DNA of 64,000 nt from Spirochaetia bacterium (GTDB taxonomy: Bacteria > Spirochaetota > Spirochaetia > CADAEX01), in the NCBI GenBank assembly GCA_963662795.1, contig OY759746.1:512001-576000 (forward strand), read 5' to 3'. The notes below the pieces were generated by a model. It ran no database searches. It saw nothing but the letters and a program-made list of their open reading frames with translations, and had not been told where the DNA came from. How positions within the stretch are numbered: the first letter of the stretch is position 1; the number at the start of each line of letters is the position of its first letter. Shown piece after piece: positions 29,016-38,683 of the stretch. The translations under genes and the position numbers were made by a program.

Positions 29016-29579
29016 ATGAAAATAATAAAGGAAGAGACTTTAAGGACAGAAGCTGTTATTGAAGCGGCGAAAAGAATGATGACAGCGGCAAGAACCGCGC
29101 CGAAGGGAAAAGGGAAAGACAATCTGACTATCGCGCTGCTTGATAAAGATGAAATAAAGGCAGTTTCTGATAAATTAAAGGAAATGCACCGCGAAATGAA
29201 TCTGGCTGATTTTTTTCTGCGCGATGCTGTGAATATACTCTCGGCAGATGCCATGATTATCATCGGGACTAAAATACAGTCCATGGGGCTTACTCCCTGC
29301 GGCATGTGCGGGTTTGCCGACTGTGCAGAAAAGAACAGCCACCCGGCTCACCCCTGTGTTTTCAACACTGGTGATCTTGGAATCGCAATTGGTTCTGCCG
29401 TAAGCGCAGCCATGGACAGCAGGATCGACAACAGGGTTATTTACACAGCCGGACAGGCAATACTCAGGATGGGTATACTTGAAGATGACGTAAAAATTGT
29501 ATATGCGATTCCGTTAAGCGTCAGCGGAAAAAACCCTTTTTTCGACAGAAAACAGGAAGAGCTGATAAAAAATGCTTAA
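29016..29579 (+). CDS. DUF2148-family (ferredoxin-like Cys motif) protein
   Basis: 'AARTAPKGKGKD', 'CGMCGFADC', 'C.FN..DLGIAIGSA', 'GKNPFFDR'. Confidence 0.82.
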   Translation: MKIIKEETLRTEAVIEAAKRMMTAARTAPKGKGKDNLTIALLDKDEIKAVSDKLKEMHREMNLADFFLRDAVNILSADAMIIIGTKIQSMGLTPCGMCGFADCAEKNSHPAHPCVFNTGDLGIAIGSAVSAAMDSRIDNRVIYTAGQAILRMGILEDDVKIVYAIPLSVSGKNPFFDRKQEELIKNA

Positions 29580-29660
29580 ACGCATACCTTTAATAAAAGT
29601 ATTGCAGTTAACACAATAAAATCAGGCCGGCTGACCGGCATACAGGGATGGGAACAATAG

Positions 29661-30317
29661 ATGAATAATCCGTGGCTCAATATTCCGGCATCAGATTACG
29701 AAGGGCATATGGGACTTCCTGAAGTAGGTCAGTTGGCATTTCTGGGGAATGTGTTCAAAGAAGCGCTAAACAAATATGATTCCCGCTCTTTGGCGTATCT
29801 GGGGTGCGCCACAGGAAACGGGCTTGAATATATTGACAATAAAAAAACAGAGCAATTAACCGTAATAGATATTAATCCTGAATATCTTGAAATACTTAAA
29901 ACCCGATATAATAAACAAATACCAAACATGGAAATAATAGAAGCAGATCTGTGCAGTTATAATGGGAGCGGGAAAAGGTATTCGCTGATATTCGCAGGGC
30001 TGCTTTTCGAATATGTATCTCCGGAAACTCTTCTCCTGAAAATATCGAACTGGATTGAGAATAAAGGGGTACTGGTTGCAGTGCTGCAGCTCGGGGACAG
30101 AAACATGAAAAAGGTTTCAGGGACACCGTACATAAGCTTAAAAATGCTTGAACCGGTAATGAACCTTGTATCGGAAAAAGATTTCAGATTAATTGCACAG
30201 GAATGCGGAATGAGTGAAACCGAAGGTAAAAGAGTCACACTTAAAAGCGGTAAATCATTTTATATTGGCGCATATCAGAAGACTGAATACATGTTTTCAA
30301 CTGGACTTCAGGCATAA
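29661..30317 (+). CDS. Class I SAM-dependent methyltransferase
   Basis: Motif I 'YLGCATGNG'; 'IDINPEYL'. Confidence 0.85.
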   Translation: MNNPWLNIPASDYEGHMGLPEVGQLAFLGNVFKEALNKYDSRSLAYLGCATGNGLEYIDNKKTEQLTVIDINPEYLEILKTRYNKQIPNMEIIEADLCSYNGSGKRYSLIFAGLLFEYVSPETLLLKISNWIENKGVLVAVLQLGDRNMKKVSGTPYISLKMLEPVMNLVSEKDFRLIAQECGMSETEGKRVTLKSGKSFYIGAYQKTEYMFSTGLQA

Positions 30318-30378
30318 ACTGTTGGTATCTTTAATTCATACTAAAAATATATGATATATCATACAGCTTAGGAGGTTT

Positions 30379-30489
30379 ATGACAACAGATACCGGAGCTC
30401 CTTTAAATGCTCAGAAAGATATTTATATTTCAGCGCCTATGGAAAATGTATGATCACTGCTTACGGGGATTGCACGGTATAAAACATAA
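30379..30489 (+). pseudogene. Truncated SRPBCC-family relic with an in-frame TGA
   Basis: AGGAGG RBS, then MTTDTGAPLNAQKDIYISAPMENV*SLLTGIARYKT*; resembles the SRPBCC N-terminal 'I.AP.E.VW..LT' with TGG changed to TGA. Confidence 0.55.
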
Positions 30490-30502
30490 GGAGTATGAAA
30501 AA

Positions 30503-31333
30503 ATGACAAACAGTATAAATGACCGTACTTTGCTTAATAACGGAATTGAAATGCCGTGGCTGGGTTTTGGAGTATATAAGATAAAAGATGAACAGGAAGT
30601 AGTAAATTCGGTAAAATATGCTCTTGAAGCCGGCTACAGAAGTATTGATACTGCATCTGTTTATGGAAATGAACAGGGTGTCGGCCGGGCTATCAGAGAG
30701 AGCGGGATACCGCGCGGGGATATTTTTTTGACAACCAAGGTCTGGAATGATGATCAGCGCAGGAAAAGCACATTAGAGGCATTTGAAGAAAGCCTTAAAC
30801 GGCTTAAAACCGAATACGTGGATTTGTACCTGATCCATTGGCCTGTAAAGGATTGTTATAAAGAAACGTGGCATGTGATGGAAAAAATATATCAAAGCGG
30901 CTGCGCCAAAGCCATAGGAGTCAGTAATTTCATGATACACCATCTTGAAGATCTTCTGGATAACAGCCGGACTGTTCCCGGTGTGAATCAGGTGGAGTTC
31001 CATCCGCTGCTTGTTCAGCCTGATTTATTAAAATACTGTCAAAGTCATAAGATTCAACTGGAAGCATGGAGTCCTTTGATGCAGGGGCAGATAATAACTG
31101 AACAGGTTGTTCAAACACTTGCTGAAAAATACCACCGCAGCCCGGCCCAGATTGTACTGCGCTGGGATATTCAGCATAAAGTGGTTACAATTCCCAAATC
31201 AACTCACTCAAACCGTATCGACGAAAACGCTCAGATTTTCGACTTTGAATTATCACAGGAAGACATGAATGCACTGGATGCCCTGAATGAGGGGAAACGG
31301 AGCGGTCCTGATCCTGATAACTTTAATTTTTAA
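30503..31333 (+). CDS. Aldo/keto reductase (AKR5 / glyoxal reductase-like)
   Basis: 'MPWLGFGVY', 'IDTASVY', 'TTKVW', 'LYLIHWP', 'IPKS', 'GPDPDNF'; start moved to ATG 30503. Confidence 0.92.
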   Translation: MTNSINDRTLLNNGIEMPWLGFGVYKIKDEQEVVNSVKYALEAGYRSIDTASVYGNEQGVGRAIRESGIPRGDIFLTTKVWNDDQRRKSTLEAFEESLKRLKTEYVDLYLIHWPVKDCYKETWHVMEKIYQSGCAKAIGVSNFMIHHLEDLLDNSRTVPGVNQVEFHPLLVQPDLLKYCQSHKIQLEAWSPLMQGQIITEQVVQTLAEKYHRSPAQIVLRWDIQHKVVTIPKSTHSNRIDENAQIFDFELSQEDMNALDALNEGKRSGPDPDNFNF

Positions 31334-31397
31334 TTATACACCGGCCCAATTCAATCAGCAGGCGTTCATTTCGGAAATATCCTTAAATCATATAAAG

Positions 31398-32507
31398 ATG
31401 GTAATTATTATGAATAAAATCGGAATACCTTTAATGACCTTATTTCTCCTGTTTTCTTCAGCAACACTTGTGCTGCTTATTTTTTTACTGACAAACAGCA
31501 CCGGAAAACCTGAATTATTTCTTGACGATAAGAAAAATATTTTAATAAACAGTATTTCGGAAAAAGGTTTTATTGAAATCAACGGAGGGAAAACCGGGTT
31601 TTTTATCAAAGGAAGAAATATAAATAATCCGGTGCTGCTTTATTTACACGGCGGAATGCCGGATTATTTTCTTACTCAGGATTTCCCTACCGGACTTGAT
31701 AAAATATTTACTGTTGTCTGGTGGGATCAGCGGGGTGCCGGGTTATCCTTCAACGCACAACTGGATAGAAATTCCGTTAACATCGACAGCCTGATAGAAG
31801 ATACAAAGGAAATTACAAATTACCTTGGTAAAAGATTTTCGCAGGACAAAATATATTTAATGGCACATTCGGGCGGAACATTTCCTGGCGTTAAAGTAAT
31901 CGAAAAATATCCTGAACTGTACCATGCTTACATTGGTGTTGCCCAGATATCATATCAGAAGCTGTCAGAGAAAAAAGCTTATGATTATATCACAGGGCGC
32001 TACAGGAATGATGAAAAGAAAAAAAAGATTTATAATGATTTAATAAACAATCCTGTAATAATGACAGAACCAATACCGGAAAAATATTCACGAATCAGGG
32101 ATTATGCGATGCATGACCTGGGAATCGGCACAATGCATAATATGAGAAATGTCATAACAGGTATTTTTATCCCGTCCCTGCTTTTCAGGGAATATAGTAT
32201 TACCGAAAAAATCAATCTCTGGAAAGGCAAAGCAGGTTCGGGAATCAGCATAATATGGGACGAAATAATATCACACGATTTAAGCAAAGAAAATACAGCG
32301 TTTAAAATCCCCGTCTATTTCCTTCATGGAATATATGACTATACCTGCTCATATGAACTTGCCAAAGAATATTTTGATAAAATAAGCGCTCCGGAAAAAG
32401 GTTTTTATTCATTTAATAATTCGGCGCATAGTCCGATTTTTGAGGAACCTGAAGAATGCGTCAGAATAATTAAAGAAAATATATTAGGCAGGCAAGGGAC
32501 TTTCTGA
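31398..32507 (+). CDS. Membrane-anchored alpha/beta hydrolase (prolyl aminopeptidase-like)
   Basis: 'LHGG', 'WDQRGAG', nucleophile 'AHSGG', 'SAHSP'; N-terminal TM; start at 31398 or 31410. Confidence 0.85.
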   Translation: MVIIMNKIGIPLMTLFLLFSSATLVLLIFLLTNSTGKPELFLDDKKNILINSISEKGFIEINGGKTGFFIKGRNINNPVLLYLHGGMPDYFLTQDFPTGLDKIFTVVWWDQRGAGLSFNAQLDRNSVNIDSLIEDTKEITNYLGKRFSQDKIYLMAHSGGTFPGVKVIEKYPELYHAYIGVAQISYQKLSEKKAYDYITGRYRNDEKKKKIYNDLINNPVIMTEPIPEKYSRIRDYAMHDLGIGTMHNMRNVITGIFIPSLLFREYSITEKINLWKGKAGSGISIIWDEIISHDLSKENTAFKIPVYFLHGIYDYTCSYELAKEYFDKISAPEKGFYSFNNSAHSPIFEEPEECVRIIKENILGRQGTF

Positions 32508-32553
32508 GAATACCTTAAACCTGCCTTTGGGCCGCAGGACAGGAGCTAAGTGA

Positions 32554-33309
32554 TCAGAAACCAGGCTCTTCCCCAAGCTCCGGGTAATGGGCGGGATGCT
32601 GGGAAAGGAGCGTATTGTTCCCCTCCTTTTTATAGATAACCTTTGATACGGGGAATGCCTCAAGCTGCTCAAACTCATCAGGCTTTTTCAAAAATCCGTC
32701 AATCTCACCCGCCGGGAGGCCGGGATCAAGCCACTTTTCAATACTGCTAATATCATCAGGAAGAATAACCGGCATTCTTTTTTTCCGGTTGTGTATTTTA
32801 GCCAGAAGCACATTTGCTTCTGTTGTTATTATTGTAAAAGTGCTGATTTCCCTGGAGTTTTCAGGCCCTCTCCACAGGGCATAAAGCCCCGCAAGGCTTA
32901 TTATCCCCCTGTCCTTTTTTCTGATAAAAAAGGGGTAAGACTGTTTACCGATGTGATGCGGTTCAAAAAAACCGTCTGTTATCACAACACACCTTCTTGT
33001 TTTCCAGGAACCCCTGAAAGATGGCAGGCGGGAGAGTGTTTCTGCCCTTGCATTAAGTGTTTTATTTATTATCCCGTCCGCGTCCCGTTCTGTTTTTATC
33101 CAGGAAGGGATAAGACCCCACTTCATAAGATCAATGTGCATATCTGAAGAGTGCGGTTCAGACCGGCTTCTGTAGAGAACCGGTATATCTGGAAAAGAAA
33201 AGCCTGAAACAGAATAGTATTCGGGAAGCGGCGGTATTTCTGCCCTGTCTATACCATAAAATGAGGCTATCTGCTGTGCTGTTTTCGCGATGGCGATATT
33301 AAAACACAT
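32554..33309 (-). CDS. SOS response-associated peptidase (SRAP/YedK/HMCES family)
   Basis: N-terminal Met-Cys, 'WGLIP', 'NARAET', 'GFFE', 'IH...RMP'. Confidence 0.92.
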   Translation of the reverse strand: MCFNIAIAKTAQQIASFYGIDRAEIPPLPEYYSVSGFSFPDIPVLYRSRSEPHSSDMHIDLMKWGLIPSWIKTERDADGIINKTLNARAETLSRLPSFRGSWKTRRCVVITDGFFEPHHIGKQSYPFFIRKKDRGIISLAGLYALWRGPENSREISTFTIITTEANVLLAKIHNRKKRMPVILPDDISSIEKWLDPGLPAGEIDGFLKKPDEFEQLEAFPVSKVIYKKEGNNTLLSQHPAHYPELGEEPGF

Positions 33310-33327
33310 TTTCCCCTTCTATCGGCA

Positions 33328-34389
33328 TCAAAGCTTCACAATCTTTTTCCCGGACAGAATCAGTATTTCCGGTCTGTACTCAAAGTGCATATTATCATAA
33401 AAAAGCCATTTACCGCCCCAGATAAAGCCGTATTTTTCAAATATCCCTACAATCTCATCCGGAACCATCCATCTTTTTGAATAGGGAACAGAATACCACT
33501 GGGGGTTAAAAACCCGGGTCCAGTTCCAGTAAATCTCTTTACCTTTTATGTTTGCAGGAACCATATCGACAGCTATTCCGAAGCTGTGGTAACTCCTGCT
33601 TACGCTGTCTTCAATCCTTCTCCAGTTAAAAGCGCTGACAGACCCCAGACTGTCCAGATATTTTTTCACATCGCTGTTTACCTGCGCCTTAATCATGATT
33701 TCACGCTCTATGGCTTTATAAGCCGGGACAAGACTTTCGTGAACCTCGATTTTGTAACCCAGAAAATAAATATATCTGATGGATTTTAATATTTCATCAA
33801 GTGTTTTCCCTTTATAAAGTGTTTCAAGAAATGTATTATCGCGCGGGTGTGATTTTATTGCCTCTGAATATCTCTTTATTCTCTCAAGCTGCTGTGGGGT
33901 GGGGACTTTGTCCAGAGGGGGGAGTTTTTCAGGGTATTTATAAAAACCGTAAGCCCTGTATTTACTGCTTTGCCCCGCTTTTTCCTCAGGAAGAAGCCTG
34001 CCGCCGCTCCAGTAAAACCGCCTGCCGTCAAGGCTGATCATCCATTCATTTTCAGTGTAGGAAACATTATCGATCCTGTTTCCATAGGCTTTTAAGATGG
34101 CAGCAACCTCATCCTCTCCTTCAGTTTTTTCCGGAGAAAAAAATGCAGGAACAAGGCTGATATCACCCAGGCTGCGGCCTTTACTGTCAATGCCGTATTC
34201 ACTGCCTGTTACATTACAGTTTTCAGAAATCAACCCTGCAGAAGTCAGTTTCGCGTTTGCATATTCAACTGCTGATTCAGATTCTGAGCTGACAGGAGCC
34301 TTGCCTTTCAAGGCGGATTCGTGCATGCAGGAGACCAGGATAATTATAAATATTGCCGAAGCATAAAAGTGTAAGGATTTGCGTTTCAT
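33328..34389 (-). CDS. M15-family metallopeptidase lipoprotein
   Basis: LVSC lipobox, 'SYHSFGIAVD', 'WGGKW...DNMHFEYRPE'. Confidence 0.88.
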   Translation of the reverse strand: MKRKSLHFYASAIFIIILVSCMHESALKGKAPVSSESESAVEYANAKLTSAGLISENCNVTGSEYGIDSKGRSLGDISLVPAFFSPEKTEGEDEVAAILKAYGNRIDNVSYTENEWMISLDGRRFYWSGGRLLPEEKAGQSSKYRAYGFYKYPEKLPPLDKVPTPQQLERIKRYSEAIKSHPRDNTFLETLYKGKTLDEILKSIRYIYFLGYKIEVHESLVPAYKAIEREIMIKAQVNSDVKKYLDSLGSVSAFNWRRIEDSVSRSYHSFGIAVDMVPANIKGKEIYWNWTRVFNPQWYSVPYSKRWMVPDEIVGIFEKYGFIWGGKWLFYDNMHFEYRPEILILSGKKIVKL

Positions 34390-34467
34390 TACAGCTTAAA
34401 TATATTTGCTAATATGGGGATTTACAACTTAATTTTTATCTTTTTTACATGCTGATTCCAAAGCCGT

Positions 34468-35187
34468 CTAAATAACATTTTTCCCGGCCCTTATTACCGC
34501 GGACCTGGCAAGAATATCTGTAGGATCCGCTGTTTTTTCCTTTATACCGAGTGTTTCAAAATATAGGGGAAGTTCTGTACAGCCGAGTATGAAAAGTTCT
34601 GCACCCTTTTTCTTAAGCTCTTTTACTGCCTTTTCAAGGCTTTCCGCGTAATCGGAATAGATCCCCTTTTTGACATTATAGATCACACCGGTTACTATAT
34701 CCTGCATCTCTTTATCCGGTTTAAGCAACTCCATCCCTTTTTTTGCGAATACCTTATCATAGATGCCTGCCGTGCATGTCCCTTCGGTCGCAAGAAGAGC
34801 TGCCTTAACTCCACTGCCTGATTTCATTATCTCCGAGACTGTTTCTTCAATCATGCTGATAAAATCAGCTTTTATATGGTTTTTGATTTCACCGTAAAAA
34901 TAATGGGCAGTATTGCAGGGCATAACAATAATATCAGCTCCCATCTTCTCAAGGTTTACAGCTGTTTTTATCATTTCAGGCAAAGGCGAGGGTCCTCTTC
35001 CCAGTATGAATTCAGTCCTGTCCGGGATGGATGTGTTGCTGTCGATAACTATATGGATATGTTCCCTGTCTGATGCTGCATTGGTATGGAGTATAATCTT
35101 TTTAAAAAGGTCGGCAGTTGCAAGAGGTCCCATTCCGCCGAGTATTCCTATTTTTTTGAAAGTCTTATCTGTATCCGGATCACCCAT
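34468..35187 (-). CDS. Aspartate/amino-acid racemase
   Basis: 'GILGGMGPLAT'; both catalytic Cys present ('PCNTAH', 'GCTEL'). Confidence 0.93.
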   Translation of the reverse strand: MGDPDTDKTFKKIGILGGMGPLATADLFKKIILHTNAASDREHIHIVIDSNTSIPDRTEFILGRGPSPLPEMIKTAVNLEKMGADIIVMPCNTAHYFYGEIKNHIKADFISMIEETVSEIMKSGSGVKAALLATEGTCTAGIYDKVFAKKGMELLKPDKEMQDIVTGVIYNVKKGIYSDYAESLEKAVKELKKKGAELFILGCTELPLYFETLGIKEKTADPTDILARSAVIRAGKNVI

Positions 35188-35211
35188 TTTTTCATCTCCA
35201 GTTATCAGATA

Positions 35212-36333
35212 CTAAATCCATGTAATTATTTTTTCAACTGCCTTGAGGCCGTGTCCGGTAAACGCAGAAACAATTATCTCACTGTCTTTTTTTCCCCTTG
35301 CGGCAAGATACCGGCGCACCCCTGCAACAACCGCCGCGGATGTCGGTTCAATAAAGTATCCCCGGGAGGCCATCAGGGTGAAGGATGTTTTTATTTCATC
35401 TTCATCAACAGCAATAAACTCCCCGCCGCTTTTGCGGACAGCTTCAAGAATCTGGACACCTCTTAAGGGTTCCGCTATTGCGATCCCTTCGGCATAAGTT
35501 TTTTCAGGGACTATTTTCAAAGGAGCATGACTCCCTTCGGAAAAAGCCTTATAGAGAGGAGCGCAATTCCCGGCCTGTATTCCGATTAATTTCGGAATAC
35601 TGCCAATTACACCCGTTTTTGCGAGTTCTGAAAATCCGATATAGGCGCCGAGAAGCAGAGTCCCGTTTCCCGCTGGAAGAATAACCGTATCAGGGGATCT
35701 CCATCCAAGCTGCTCCGCGACTTCGTATGCAAAAGTTTTTGTGCCCTGAAAAAAATAAGGGTTCCAGGAATGGCTTGCGTAGTAAATGTGCTGCGCGGAT
35801 AATAATACGGCCCTCGCTGTCGCCTCCCTGTTTCCGGGAGTTTTTACAAGGGAAGCCCCGTACATCTGGATCTGGGCCAGTTTTCCCCTTGAGGTATCGG
35901 CAGGCACATAGATATCACAGTCAATCCCGGCCCTTGCGCAGTAGGCGGCTACCGCTGCTCCTGCGTTGCCGGAGGAATCCTCAACTACCCTTCTTATTCC
36001 AAGTTCCTTCAGTTTGCTGACTAGAAGAGAGGCGCCCCTGTCCTTGTAGGAACCGCTCGGGAACAGGTGTTCCTGCTTTACGAGGATGTCACAGCCGTCA
36101 ATGTCTGTTTCGAGAAGAGGCGTAAATCCCTCCCCGAATGAAACAATATTATCGTCATCTGAAACTGGAAGTGCTTCCCTGTAGCGCCACATGGTGCAGC
36201 CGCGGCTTTTGATTTTTTCCCTGTCAAAATCAAATGTAAAATGAAGATCAAAAAACCCTCCGCAGGAGCATTTCCATTCCATCTCCCGCGGCAGATACTC
36301 TTTACCGCATGAAGTGCAAATCAGTTTTTCCAT
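35212..36333 (-). CDS. Threonine synthase-like fold-type II PLP enzyme
   Basis: N-terminal CxxC/CxC, 'GEGFTPL', 'SGSYKDRG', 'DSSGNAG', 'EPTSA', 'TGHGLK'. Confidence 0.85.
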   Translation of the reverse strand: MEKLICTSCGKEYLPREMEWKCSCGGFFDLHFTFDFDREKIKSRGCTMWRYREALPVSDDDNIVSFGEGFTPLLETDIDGCDILVKQEHLFPSGSYKDRGASLLVSKLKELGIRRVVEDSSGNAGAAVAAYCARAGIDCDIYVPADTSRGKLAQIQMYGASLVKTPGNREATARAVLLSAQHIYYASHSWNPYFFQGTKTFAYEVAEQLGWRSPDTVILPAGNGTLLLGAYIGFSELAKTGVIGSIPKLIGIQAGNCAPLYKAFSEGSHAPLKIVPEKTYAEGIAIAEPLRGVQILEAVRKSGGEFIAVDEDEIKTSFTLMASRGYFIEPTSAAVVAGVRRYLAARGKKDSEIIVSAFTGHGLKAVEKIITWI

Positions 36334-36351
36334 ACTTTCAGTACCGCCGGA

Positions 36352-37371
36352 TTATATTTTAATTTCATCACAGAAATTATGTGTTAAAAGATCAGCTGCC
36401 TCATCGGCAGAAACTCTGGGGAGAAGCCACATGAGTTTTGCAACAATTGCCTCAAAGCCCATATCCTGCGCGCTTATTGCACCCGTCTTTAAAGTTTTCT
36501 GCCCTACATCGTACGTTAACAGATCGACACCGCCCTCGGGGCATTGTGTAGTAATAACTGTGAGAATACCGTTATTCACCGCTCTTTTTAAACCCGGAAG
36601 AAGATTTTCCCCGAGATAAGGCAGCCCTCCGAGGCCGAAACACTCGACAACCATTGCGTCAGGTTTTATATCAATCAGTTTATCAAAATAATGTGCGCTG
36701 AACCCCGGAAAAAGTTTTACCGGCAGCACTTTTGCTGAAAACCTTATATCGCGCTTCTCCTTAATGGGCCTTAAAAGAGTTGTTTTGTCGATATAGGGTT
36801 TTTTAAATATCACAGCTTTTTCATCTTCAATTCTGCCGATATCGCTGTAATAAACAGAATTAAACGCATCATGCCGTTTACCGGAGTATTTCTTCACCCT
36901 TGGTCCGTGCATCAGCTTTCCGGCAAAACATATAGACACGCTGTTTTGATTTTTACCGCACAGTGTCTTCATGAATACAAAAGAATCAAGCAAATTCTTT
37001 TTTGCGTCTGTTTCAGGATCAGACATTGGAAGCATTGAACCTGTCAGGACTACCGGCTTTCCAAGATCCCTGAGAACAAAGGAGAGAACCGAAGATGTAT
37101 ATGCCATTGTATCAGTCCCGTGGGTTATTACGAATCCGTCATACTTATCCTTATTTTCATAGAGTTTCTTAATGATTACAAGCCAGTCATCAGGGTTCAT
37201 ATTTGAACTGTCAATCGAAAGTACATTCAATACATCAAAATCCGCAAGAGCCGGAAGCTCAGGCACATGAGATGCAAGAGCTTCACCCTGGTCGACAGGG
37301 ACAAGCCCTTCACCGCTTTCCTGCGATGCTATTGTTCCGCCTGTAGTCATTAATAGAATTTTCAATTTCAT
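36352..37371 (-). CDS. ansA: Type I (cytoplasmic) L-asparaginase
   Basis: 'TTGGTIAS', 'IDSSN', 'THGTDTMAY', 'LTGS'; start moved to ATG 37371. Confidence 0.88.
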   Translation of the reverse strand: MKLKILLMTTGGTIASQESGEGLVPVDQGEALASHVPELPALADFDVLNVLSIDSSNMNPDDWLVIIKKLYENKDKYDGFVITHGTDTMAYTSSVLSFVLRDLGKPVVLTGSMLPMSDPETDAKKNLLDSFVFMKTLCGKNQNSVSICFAGKLMHGPRVKKYSGKRHDAFNSVYYSDIGRIEDEKAVIFKKPYIDKTTLLRPIKEKRDIRFSAKVLPVKLFPGFSAHYFDKLIDIKPDAMVVECFGLGGLPYLGENLLPGLKRAVNNGILTVITTQCPEGGVDLLTYDVGQKTLKTGAISAQDMGFEAIVAKLMWLLPRVSADEAADLLTHNFCDEIKI

Positions 37372-37375
37372 CTCC

Positions 37376-38530
37376 TCAACTGTTTGCGACCAGTTTTTCA
37401 ATTGCATTAAGAATGATTTTTACGTAACTATCCCTTTCAGCTTCAGATATAAGAGGAATAACGTTATCTATAATATATTGCTTGCATACAACCATTGAAA
37501 GCACTGCGGCTGTTCCAGGCTGAAGGCCCGGGCTTGAAGCAGCTGTAAAAATATTCCTGCTCATATATGTAAAACTTGCGGCATCCTCTGATACCATCCT
37601 GGCAAGCTCAGCAATTATTCTTACCTTGACAGAGGCTTTTTCCGTATTTCTCAGGGCAAATGCATTGTTTTCAAGTTTCTCGGCAAATTTTACGGCAAGA
37701 GACTGAAACCCGTATCCGTCATAGCTTAAAAGATCATCCCTGAGCATATACGGAAGTTCAAGTTCCCTGCAGGATGCCTCAAGCGCAAGAGCTACAGCCT
37801 CATTCCCTTTTTCCTTCGAATAGCGGATTAAAAAACTGTCTTTTTCGATTCTGTCAGAAAGGAAACTATAGACCTTGCTTTCTGCTACAATTGTCGGCAG
37901 GGGGAATCCGATCTCCCTCATCATTTCCCCTTTCATGCCATGCATATAGTTGCCCTCATAATCCTCATCCGGCCCAATCCCCCCGGCTGTGTAGTTAACA
38001 GGGATCACAACTGCCACAGGGATATCACCGTAATCAATTACTGTTCCCATTACAATCCCGGCGTTATCGCTGCTTTCAGGCACAATAAAAACCTTATCAG
38101 GAGATGCTTTTTTAAACGCGTCAATTACGGCAAGGGTAAGGGCAGCCTGAAAACACGCGGCCGGTTCACCTGCCCCCTGTCCGTAAACCCGTCCGAATAC
38201 AGAAGCTGCGTTCCCCTGTGAAAAAAGGGCATCACAACCCTCAGCCATTTTCATCATCCCCGCTTCCTGGGGAGTTACCCGCCGCCTGGGACAGGTAGTC
38301 GCGCTGCCTCCTCCGGAAAGAGTTACCGTTATGCTTTCCGTAGTACAGGAAATATCCCTGACATGTGTGTCGACTCCAAGCGCCAGGGCGACAAGTGTGC
38401 CGGCGGCGCAGAAGCCTGCAGAGTCATCCTGCTGATAACCGTTCGCTCCGTGTGCATGAGCAATTCCGGCATGCCCTGCAAGTCCTATGGTTCCTTCCTT
38501 ACTTGAAGATAAACTGATTTTTTTAAGCAT
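37376..38530 (-). CDS. Hypothetical protein with putative metal-binding motifs
   Basis: 384-aa ORF inside the operon; 'GHAGIAHAHG..QQDDSAG', 'GPDEDYEGN'; no family recognised. Confidence 0.8.
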   Translation of the reverse strand: MLKKISLSSSKEGTIGLAGHAGIAHAHGANGYQQDDSAGFCAAGTLVALALGVDTHVRDISCTTESITVTLSGGGSATTCPRRRVTPQEAGMMKMAEGCDALFSQGNAASVFGRVYGQGAGEPAACFQAALTLAVIDAFKKASPDKVFIVPESSDNAGIVMGTVIDYGDIPVAVVIPVNYTAGGIGPDEDYEGNYMHGMKGEMMREIGFPLPTIVAESKVYSFLSDRIEKDSFLIRYSKEKGNEAVALALEASCRELELPYMLRDDLLSYDGYGFQSLAVKFAEKLENNAFALRNTEKASVKVRIIAELARMVSEDAASFTYMSRNIFTAASSPGLQPGTAAVLSMVVCKQYIIDNVIPLISEAERDSYVKIILNAIEKLVANS

Positions 38531-38683
38531 TTTTATTTTTCCCGCACAATCACTGTTTTTTTACATTGGAATGGATATATGCCCGGTATTATGTTTTCAA
38601 TACCGGGCCAGGAAAACCGCATCAGATGCAGGACCGGCACCATTTAAGCCTGTCCTGCAGATGCGCTGCCGGTAATAAACCGA

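Noticed and set aside
30451-30453. TGA recoding (Trp or selenocysteine)
   Set aside because: TGA is a normal stop in many genes here, and the frame ends 12 codons later anyway
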